Assembly: GCA_043802485.1 (NCBI GenBank)
Contig: JAZDKZ010000006.1
Span: forward strand, 199,497 to 263,496
Reading direction: 5' to 3'
Length of the DNA stretch: 64,000 nucleotides
Source: Candidatus Aenigmatarchaeota archaeon
Lineage (GTDB): Archaea; Aenigmatarchaeota; Aenigmatarchaeia; Aenigmatarchaeales; Aenigmatarchaeaceae
The notes under the pieces are model-generated. The model made no database searches, was not told the origin of the DNA, and saw nothing but the letters and a program-made list of their open reading frames with translations. The translations under genes and the position numbers were made by a program. Shown here piece by piece: positions 53,959-61,449 of the stretch. Each line of letters begins with the position of its first letter. Position 1 is the stretch's first letter.

Positions 53959-55491
53959 TCAAATAAAGTCTGATATGGTCTTGGTACCGCCGTTTTTTCT
54001 CATTTCCTTCAGAGTCTCCTTCATCATACTCTCCTTTCTTTTGGCAGTCCAATAATATGCTTCGTCCCTGGTTCCTCTGGTTATGAGAAATATTACCTTG
54101 CCGACCTTGGTCCTACCGACCCTTCCCCTTCTCTGTATGGACCTTATCTCCGAAGGGACAGTGTCATAGAATATGGCAATGTCAGTAGTGGGTATGTGCA
54201 GACCCTCCTCAGCAACCGGCGAACCTATCAGGCAGTTGTAGTAGCCGTCGTTGAACTCGCGTATTACCTCTATCTGCTGCTTCTGTGAAAGGCCCCTTTC
54301 TCCTGACTGGCCTATCAAGATGGCAGGCGAGCACATCTCTCCAAGGATCTCGTGTATCTTGTAGATGTTGTCCCTGAAATGAGAGAAGATGATTATCCTC
54401 GTGTCCTTGTTGCTGTCAAGCTCCCTCTTAACGACTTCCTGTAGCTTCATTATCTTCGGATGCTCTTCTGACTCTTCTATTATCTTCACAGCCTTCATGA
54501 ACTCGACGTCATTGAGTATGCCCTTGTCAGACTTTGTCTTCTTCAGCTTGACCTTCTCAAGATAGAGGCAGACAGCGCTGATGCTCTGCGTCTCCATCAG
54601 CTGCAGGGCGTGCCATATCTTTATCGACTCGACTATCAGCGATATCATGTAGAAATGAATGGGCTTCCTGTTGGTGGATATCTCCTTGCTCACCCTTCTC
54701 TGCGCTTCCAAAAGCTCCCCCTTTGTCCTGACATTGATGTTGTATCTCTTCAGCTTCTCGAGCCTCCTGTGCAGGGCCTTTTTCATATTCTCCTGCGCAG
54801 TCTTCAGGTTGTCAGGCAGATCCACTTTAATAATCTCTGTCTCTATCTCCTTGACATAGGGCTCAACATCCGGATCGCTCTCCGTCCTTATCTCGACAGA
54901 ATCTATGAAAAGGTTCTTGCATATGATCCTTATCTTGATCTCGTTCGAACCTGGGGAAGCTGTGAGGCCCAGGATTCTGGGATATTGGGACTTTTCCATG
55001 TACACCTTTGCCACAAACGGATAGGCGTACTTTTTCACAGAACGGTGGCACTCGTCAACAACCAGCAAAGAGAACTTTGAGAAATCAAGCAGGCCGCTCT
55101 TTATGTCGTTCTGAACGGTTTGCGGCGTTGCACTGATGACCTTGCAGCCATCATACAAATCCTCCCTGTCCCTGGGCGATGTCTTGCCTGTAATCAGAAC
55201 AATCTCCTCCTCTGGGATGTTCAGAAACTTTTGGAAAGACCTGAGGTGTTGCTCGCACAAGGGTCTTGTGGGAGCCATTATCAGAATCTTTGAGCCAGGG
55301 TTCTTCTCCATCCTGTGCGCTGCCAATAAAACAGCGATAGTGGTCTTGCCCATGCCTGTCGGTATGACGCACAGCGTGTTCTTCTTTGAGGCAGTCCCGA
55401 GAATAGCCTCCTGATAAGTCCTTGATTCAATGGTGTTGGGATTTATCAGAGGATGATCAATAAAAGACATAAAAAGTAATTGCGCTTCCAA
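53959..55491 (-). CDS. Hef/FANCM-like SF2 helicase (COG1111, ERCC4-related helicase) without a nuclease domain
   Basis: It has motif I IPTGMGKT, motif II VVDECH, motif III TASP and motif VI QRRGRVGR, and it ends without an ERCC4 domain. Confidence 0.8.
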   Translation of the reverse strand: MEAQLLFMSFIDHPLINPNTIESRTYQEAILGTASKKNTLCVIPTGMGKTTIAVLLAAHRMEKNPGSKILIMAPTRPLCEQHLRSFQKFLNIPEEEIVLITGKTSPRDREDLYDGCKVISATPQTVQNDIKSGLLDFSKFSLLVVDECHRSVKKYAYPFVAKVYMEKSQYPRILGLTASPGSNEIKIRIICKNLFIDSVEIRTESDPDVEPYVKEIETEIIKVDLPDNLKTAQENMKKALHRRLEKLKRYNINVRTKGELLEAQRRVSKEISTNRKPIHFYMISLIVESIKIWHALQLMETQSISAVCLYLEKVKLKKTKSDKGILNDVEFMKAVKIIEESEEHPKIMKLQEVVKRELDSNKDTRIIIFSHFRDNIYKIHEILGEMCSPAILIGQSGERGLSQKQQIEVIREFNDGYYNCLIGSPVAEEGLHIPTTDIAIFYDTVPSEIRSIQRRGRVGRTKVGKVIFLITRGTRDEAYYWTAKRKESMMKETLKEMRKNGGTKTISDFI

Positions 55492-55496
55492 AGTTT

Positions 55497-58079
55497 TTAA
55501 TAGGTGGCCTTCTCTTTCAAGGCAACCGGCGATGCGCCTGCGTGCCAGCTCTGCCTCGGCCTTACCTGTATGCTGAACAACCTTTCAGAATTGTCGTCGA
55601 GAACAACAGCAGCGCCCTTCATTCTAGGCAGACTAGATATCGACTTCCTTATGTCGAAAAGCAGGTAGGTCTGCATCACCGCCGATAATGCATCCAAGTC
55701 AGGCTTGGCTGTTAATCTATGCGAGATGACCATGTCTGACTGTGATATGGCATCGCCATGAAGCTTGTTGGGCCTCTGGGTTATCAGCACCAGGCTGATG
55801 CCAGGCTGCCTTCCCTGCTTTATCAGCGTAAGCATGTCGTTAGTGGCAGCAGTCTTGCCGTCGTCCGGAATAAAGTTATGCACCTCATCTAGTATTATCC
55901 AAGTCATTGGTACTTTTTTGATGTCCTCGCCGCCTATCACTGCCAGCTCCTCCTGCCTTCTCGCCGAGACTCGTGCCTGGTATATCTCCCTTGATAATAT
56001 ACCGACCAAAAGGTTCCTCACGTTCCACTCCTGTAAAGAGACGTCGAGGATGGTTGTGACGCCTGGCTCCAGTATCTCCTCTATGGGAGTTGCCTTTTCC
56101 GAGAATATGCCCCATCCTCTAGCTGAGACGAATCTGTTCTCCAAAGCCATCTTCTCCTTGTCGTCAGACCTCTTGTCGTCCTCTATCTGGTCTATAATGT
56201 CGTTAATAGAATAGTCGCCTGAAAGCTTCTTCAGCGTCCTTTCCAACAAAATTCCCAAAGGCTCGAAGATGTCTATGTTGAAAGTAAGGGCCCAGTCTGC
56301 TGCCGAAAGATCAGATGGCTTTATCGAGAACACGCCGTCATAGGCAATGCCGGCCTTTTCATAGAAATCGACCAGGCCGAAAGGCACAATGTTCTTGACA
56401 TTGAAGCCTTGGGGTTTCAGCCCCCATTTGTTCAGAAGCAACAGATCCTTGTCATTTGGGTTCTTCATTGACCAGAATATCCCCATAGTGTCTATCATCA
56501 GGCATGACAGGTTCAGCTTTACCTCGTCAGGCTGCTTCATTATCTCCTCTGCGATTATTGCAGCTGTGTAGCTGTTGTGAACTATTATGTCATTTGCAAT
56601 AAAGTTATGCAACTCTGGAACAGATATGTCATACACCTCAAATTCTCCTTCTAGGACTTCAATAAGAACTATCTCATCCCAAAAAATATCAGATGTTGCC
56701 AATTGATGTAGCATTTCACTGTTGTCAACCTCAGCTATTTGCAAAAGTTTCTGTCTTGAGGGGGAATAATTTATGCTGCTTCTTAGCGCCTTTGGTGTAG
56801 TATATCCAAGATGTCTGCCACATTCTGCCCAATTTTCCGGCCTGTAAATATCCCAAATATCCTTCGGGACAGTATCCACGTTAGGATTCCTGTTTATATC
56901 ATTAATCTCGTTCAGACATCTACTCTGCCTCTTTGTTTTCACGCTAAAAAACCCTATCTCCCGTATGAAGGTCTCTATGTTCCCAGATGATATCACTATC
57001 TCGAAAGAGACTATGACCTTGTTATTTATTTTGATATTTTTTTTCTTTATTTTTGACTGTATCCCGAACCTAAGTAGAAGATGTTGTACCTGTCTTATCA
57101 TTTTTTTTGAAGATGAACAATATGATATCTCCCAAACATACCCATTTTTTGTCTTGTAACGATATATGCTTCCATCACAGCTGAAAAGCCTGTTTAGGAA
57201 AAGTGAAAGCTGAGATTTTTCCAATCTAAATATGATATCGGGTATGAACTTGTCCTTTGAGAGCCTTCCATAGACGCCAATCTCTTCCAGCCATTCTCTT
57301 AAGGAGCTCTTTTTCATAGGCGTATACGTTCCTTTAGCAAACCCCTGTCCATCAAACACGAGTTTCATTTTTTTTCTGTCGACTTCTCTTTTAGATTTCG
57401 AAACCCTGTAGCAACCGTCTTTGCTGTGTCTCTCAATCTTCAAGGTAGAATCGAAGATCTTTACAGATTCGAAGAAATCTTCACAGATATATTTGTCGTT
57501 GTTGCTGAACAAGACGAAACTGTTTGACAGGTGCCCCTCAGCAAGAAGGTAGGCCAAAAGCTTAATTTTATGTTCCTCGACCATCTGATTGCCGAAACAT
57601 TCTATTTTTCTTGCCGCGGCTATCCTGCTGCCCACTGTAAGCTCTTTTGCGTCCTTCCATCCCTTTATTGTTAGTAGCGGATGTTCTGGAGTAAGTTTTA
57701 TCTCCCTGCCGCTCCTCAGCTTAACATGTAACAACCTATCAACCTTTCTTTTGAAGAAACCGTCTCTGTAGGCAGGCGCCGTCTTGAGTCTTTTGTTAAG
57801 AGCAAATATGGAATCGTCTCTGTCTTCAAGGTCTTTTATGGGAACCATTAAACCGTCGTTTAGGGGTATGAGAGTGTTGCCTTCAAGGCACTTGCCTTGG
57901 CCTCTCTTGCCTGTCACAAGCACTATATGGGGTCTGAGAACATCCATGAGAACGGGATTGGTCAGATGATAGTCACTGCCCTTGCCCACGATGTGCTTCC
58001 CGAGAAAGATGCAGCCCCTTTTGCCATAGGTTTTCATGTCCTCAGGGTCCCTTCCGACGACTATCTCCTCGACTGCCAT
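55497..58079 (-). CDS. HerA/DUF87-like ATPase interrupted by an intein in the Walker A loop
   Basis: The exteins read ...VLVTGKRGQGK / SYTAAIIAEEI..., which reconstitutes GKRGQGKS. Walker B is WIILDEVHNF, and ITQRPNKL is present. Confidence 0.75.
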   Translation of the reverse strand: MAVEEIVVGRDPEDMKTYGKRGCIFLGKHIVGKGSDYHLTNPVLMDVLRPHIVLVTGKRGQGKCLEGNTLIPLNDGLMVPIKDLEDRDDSIFALNKRLKTAPAYRDGFFKRKVDRLLHVKLRSGREIKLTPEHPLLTIKGWKDAKELTVGSRIAAARKIECFGNQMVEEHKIKLLAYLLAEGHLSNSFVLFSNNDKYICEDFFESVKIFDSTLKIERHSKDGCYRVSKSKREVDRKKMKLVFDGQGFAKGTYTPMKKSSLREWLEEIGVYGRLSKDKFIPDIIFRLEKSQLSLFLNRLFSCDGSIYRYKTKNGYVWEISYCSSSKKMIRQVQHLLLRFGIQSKIKKKNIKINNKVIVSFEIVISSGNIETFIREIGFFSVKTKRQSRCLNEINDINRNPNVDTVPKDIWDIYRPENWAECGRHLGYTTPKALRSSINYSPSRQKLLQIAEVDNSEMLHQLATSDIFWDEIVLIEVLEGEFEVYDISVPELHNFIANDIIVHNSYTAAIIAEEIMKQPDEVKLNLSCLMIDTMGIFWSMKNPNDKDLLLLNKWGLKPQGFNVKNIVPFGLVDFYEKAGIAYDGVFSIKPSDLSAADWALTFNIDIFEPLGILLERTLKKLSGDYSINDIIDQIEDDKRSDDKEKMALENRFVSARGWGIFSEKATPIEEILEPGVTTILDVSLQEWNVRNLLVGILSREIYQARVSARRQEELAVIGGEDIKKVPMTWIILDEVHNFIPDDGKTAATNDMLTLIKQGRQPGISLVLITQRPNKLHGDAISQSDMVISHRLTAKPDLDALSAVMQTYLLFDIRKSISSLPRMKGAAVVLDDNSERLFSIQVRPRQSWHAGASPVALKEKATY
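56574..57890 (-). mobile_element. 439-aa intein with a LAGLIDADG homing-endonuclease domain
   Basis: It starts CLEGNTLIPL (block A) and ends IIVHN followed by Ser +1. The two dodecapeptide motifs are LLAYLLAEGH and FLNRLFSCDGS. Confidence 0.85.
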
Positions 58080-58128
58080 GAAAAGAATTTAGTGAATCTT
58101 ATTTAAATAGAAATAATATATTATTCTC

Positions 58129-58482
58129 ATGGCAAAGGCCAAGAAAAGAAAATACACAGCCGGAACGTTCTGGTTTTTAGCAATATTCATAGTATCAATC
58201 TTGGGAACATTTCTCCCTAATACGATGATATTATGGCTCATACTAGGCATAAGCGGAGCCATAGTGGCCTACGAGAACATCCAGAGAAAGGAGGAGACAT
58301 CATTCCTCATAGCCATATCAAGCATACTCATAATAATAGTGATGTTCCTGCTCTTCCCCATGTTCAGCGGGGTGGACATGTCATTAATAGGTGACTTTCT
58401 GCTCAACCTGGGAGTGGCATTCGGAGTCGCAGGGTTTGTCGTATCTTTAGGCCTGATAACAAGGCTTGGATTAGAGAAATAG
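58129..58482 (+). CDS. Small polytopic membrane protein
   Basis: It has four hydrophobic segments. I recognised no motif. Confidence 0.5.
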   Translation: MAKAKKRKYTAGTFWFLAIFIVSILGTFLPNTMILWLILGISGAIVAYENIQRKEETSFLIAISSILIIIVMFLLFPMFSGVDMSLIGDFLLNLGVAFGVAGFVVSLGLITRLGLEK

Positions 58483-59028
58483 TCCTACAAGCGATACTGC
58501 AAAGGCTATAGCCCAGATTTTCTTGTTCCAGACAAGGATTTTCGAGCCGTCCAAAGGCGGTATGGGTATTAGGTTGAACATGGCCAGGAAGAACGATATT
58601 CTTGCTGTCAATGTAAGCAGCTGAAGAGGTATGAGGAAATTAACAGCCAGCATTGAGACGCCGATTATTATGTTTATCAGGGGCCCTATGAAGTTTATCA
58701 TGCCTCTCTGGTTCCTGGTCACACGGGCTACCTTGAAGGCGAAATCCCCCTTGTAGGGGGAGGTGTAGACTGCCCCTGGGGCGACAAAGGCAAAGCCGCC
58801 CAGAAGTGACATCACCAGACCTAAAATTATGCCCCACTTCCACATCCTGTACTCGGCCGAGAAGCCATAGTGCTGGGCTAAAAACTTGTGAGCCATCTCG
58901 TGGGAGAAGAAGGCGAATATGACTATGAACAGGGTCGTAGGTATCATGCCTATGTCAAAGGAGCTGAATATCAACGTCAATGCCAGAACTGATATCGTCA
59001 GATCAATTGCTTCCTTTCTCGAGAACAT
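58471..59028 (-). CDS. M50-family (site-2 protease-like) membrane metalloprotease
   Basis: It has HEMAH inside a TM helix and a later NLIPIPPLDG motif. Confidence 0.8.
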   Translation of the reverse strand: MFSRKEAIDLTISVLALTLIFSSFDIGMIPTTLFIVIFAFFSHEMAHKFLAQHYGFSAEYRMWKWGIILGLVMSLLGGFAFVAPGAVYTSPYKGDFAFKVARVTRNQRGMINFIGPLINIIIGVSMLAVNFLIPLQLLTLTARISFFLAMFNLIPIPPLDGSKILVWNKKIWAIAFAVSLVGLFL

Positions 59029-59114
59029 ATAGATTGTTTTTCCTCTGGATTATATAAAAATTATCAGTGGGCGAATATCTAAGTCCTTTTCTGATTCTTA
59101 ACGTCATAATACAA

Positions 59115-59540
59115 TCAATCGCCTAATTCTTTTTCTAAAACTTTTACAAGTTTAGAAACTATAGACAATATCGTAGCTTTGTTCCTTTTCCAATACTCCT
59201 TTTTCACAAAAAACCCTTTGTATGTGATGTTGTTTCTTAGTATTCTTGTCTGGTCTATAAATCGAACTTCGAATTCTGAAAATTCTTTATAATATTTCAA
59301 ATAGCCGACCAAGATTTCATGGCTCAGCGTCTTATAGCCGCGAATAGCCATTAATGCGGTAATAGACTCTTTGACAACCTCGTAATAGCCTTCCACTAAT
59401 AGGGACGTATATTTATCAGAATCAACGTGTTCAAGGTACTCTAATCGAAGTTTTACCATCTTCAAGATGGACCTTGCCATCTCCTTATCAGGTCTTACTT
59501 TTCTCACTTCTTCGGAATTCTCATCCCATTCTCTCATCAA
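59115..59540 (-). CDS. HEPN-domain protein (toxin-like partner of the upstream nucleotidyltransferase)
   Basis: It is about 140 aa and all-helical, with an R-x4-x-H-like segment (RILRNNITYKG region). It overlaps the MNT gene by 4 nt (ATGA). Confidence 0.6.
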   Translation of the reverse strand: MMREWDENSEEVRKVRPDKEMARSILKMVKLRLEYLEHVDSDKYTSLLVEGYYEVVKESITALMAIRGYKTLSHEILVGYLKYYKEFSEFEVRFIDQTRILRNNITYKGFFVKKEYWKRNKATILSIVSKLVKVLEKELGD

Positions 59541-60061
59541 AGCACCTTCAGGTATCCGTAGAGGACAACGCCGTTGATTATATTGTTCAGTAACTCCTTG
59601 CTCAGTTCAGATAAATCTTCTTCGAACAGCAGACTTATTTTTCTTTTCAGTTTGCCTTCAAAGCCTTTAAGGTCTATGTTTTCCCTCTTTGCCAGCAAAA
59701 ACAGGTCTATGTCGCTTGTTTCCACATCCTCTCCCCTGGATGCAGACCCGAACAAAGCAACTGTTGCCGGCATAAAGCTTTTCTCTAAAAAATCTATCAG
59801 ACCGGAATCGTAAATCCTCAAAACAATATCATTCCTTTTGTATACCTTAAACCTTTGGTCCTCCCGGTTGGCAGTAAAAGTTTGATAGATGTCCTTCTTC
59901 CCTTTTTTTACAAACCCCTCTTCTTCCAGTTTTTTAACGTGGTTTGAAACAGAAGGAAGCCCGATTTTTGCTAATCTCTCTATTTCCCTCAAGTGAAACT
60001 GTTTTGTAGGGCTGTCGAAAAACAGCTGTAAAATCTTATAGGTATTATAATTTCGTAGCAT
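59537..60061 (-). CDS. Minimal nucleotidyltransferase (MNT) with an N-terminal winged-helix domain
   Basis: It has the motif GSASRGEDVETSDIDLFLL (GSxxRGxxxxxSDxDL), with a wHTH-like N-terminus (HLREIERLAKIGLPSVSNHVKKLEEEGFV). Confidence 0.8.
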   Translation of the reverse strand: MLRNYNTYKILQLFFDSPTKQFHLREIERLAKIGLPSVSNHVKKLEEEGFVKKGKKDIYQTFTANREDQRFKVYKRNDIVLRIYDSGLIDFLEKSFMPATVALFGSASRGEDVETSDIDLFLLAKRENIDLKGFEGKLKRKISLLFEEDLSELSKELLNNIINGVVLYGYLKVL

Positions 60062-60117
60062 ATGATATAATTTTATATCAACTGATATATAAACATATCA
60101 GATAGAATTTATTCATG

Positions 60118-60420
60118 TCAGAAGGATGCGGTCTCAAACCTCTTCCTTGCTACCCTGTAGGCCTGGGCCCTTGAGAGGTTCTCTGCCTCCATTATCTCGT
60201 TGACAAGGTCCTTGAGCTTGCCGTATATCTTCTTCCTCGGAGTGACGGTCTTTGGTTTGCTGGCAGGTTTTTTCTTCGTTGCTACCCCAAGGGCAACATT
60301 CTTGGTCCTTTTAACAGTCTTTTGAGATTTCTCATGGTGAGATATCTCATCCAAGAAGCCCCTTATCTTCTTAAGATCGTCCTTTGTTTCCTGCTTGAAC
60401 TTGTGCCACAAATCTTCCAT
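60118..60420 (-). CDS. Hypothetical Lys-rich protein (100 aa)
   Basis: It is a clean ORF. I recognised no motif. Confidence 0.45.
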   Translation of the reverse strand: MEDLWHKFKQETKDDLKKIRGFLDEISHHEKSQKTVKRTKNVALGVATKKKPASKPKTVTPRKKIYGKLKDLVNEIMEAENLSRAQAYRVARKRFETASF

Positions 60421-60649
60421 GCTAAAAGTTAGGCGAACCTGCCTTTAAACTTTTCTGTTGACATCGAAATTTTTTTCCAACAACAGCCCCATGGTTTCCT
60501 GTCCAACACGCAAGGTTTACGAAAAAATATGGAAAACCCAGCGAAAATATTCTCTGTCTTATCCAAATCTTTATAATAAAAAATATACAATAATGATAAG
60601 CAACGCAGGATTACACTGTTGATAATCATCGACGGAACCCTAGATTATC

Positions 60650-60859
60650 ATGAACGACAAGAACGGAGTGAAAGGTAGAATTATCGCTACCCTTAGGGTT
60701 AACCCGGACGGCATGACGATTCTTGACATCTCGAAAAAAGTCGGGATGAGCAGGCATGCTGTGACAAAATACATCTATCAGCTTCTTGGCGAGAAAAAGA
60801 TTTCTCAGAGGCAGATCGGTTCTGCCAAGGTATGCTATCTGGAGAAGGGTAAAAAATGA
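60650..60859 (+). CDS. Small winged-helix transcriptional regulator
   Basis: The 69-aa sequence ILDISKKVGMSRHAVTKYIYQLLGEKKISQRQIG shows an HTH plus wing. Its stop overlaps the next start (ATGA). Confidence 0.65.
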   Translation: MNDKNGVKGRIIATLRVNPDGMTILDISKKVGMSRHAVTKYIYQLLGEKKISQRQIGSAKVCYLEKGKK

Positions 60860-61449
60860 AGTCAACAGTAGGCAAGGTATCGGCGATAATGGTTCTGGTA
60901 GCCTTTATGCTGGCCTCGGCGCTTGTCTTGAACGTTGCCTTGGCCCAGAATGATATGTTTGAGGCAAATGTATCTGAAAATATAATAATTGATTCTTCTA
61001 TAGACCAGATTGGAATTGATGCTTTACAGAATGTTACAACAGAAGCAGAGGACAGTGGAACTGTTTCTAAGGGTTCCGTCTTTGAAAATATTTCATTGGA
61101 TGACTCTGTCAAAGTTGTGACATTGATTAATAATGAGACATTCTCCTTAGAGGATGAGACATCTCTTAGTGTTACAGAACCGACTTTCAATGTTGAACTC
61201 GATTATCCGCAGAGGATAACAAGAGGGGAACTGATAGACATACAGGCTGTTCTTACCAGCGATGCTTTTGCAAAGAACGTGTACCTGAAATGGTTACTGC
61301 CCATAGGCTTTGAGATAGTCGCAGGCAATGCCATAGAGACCTGCGGCGACTTGAACAACACACAATGCGCTTCAGAGATATCTGTAAGGACTAACAACAC
61401 AAACATAGGCCTTGGCGAGATAAGGGTTGTGGTGGACTATGAAGAGTAG
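60856..61449 (+). CDS. Secreted protein with a signal peptide
   Basis: The N-terminus MKSTVGKVSAIMVLVAFMLASALVLNVALAQN is signal-like. The gene overlaps the next ORF by 11 nt. Confidence 0.6.
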   Translation: MKSTVGKVSAIMVLVAFMLASALVLNVALAQNDMFEANVSENIIIDSSIDQIGIDALQNVTTEAEDSGTVSKGSVFENISLDDSVKVVTLINNETFSLEDETSLSVTEPTFNVELDYPQRITRGELIDIQAVLTSDAFAKNVYLKWLLPIGFEIVAGNAIETCGDLNNTQCASEISVRTNNTNIGLGEIRVVVDYEE

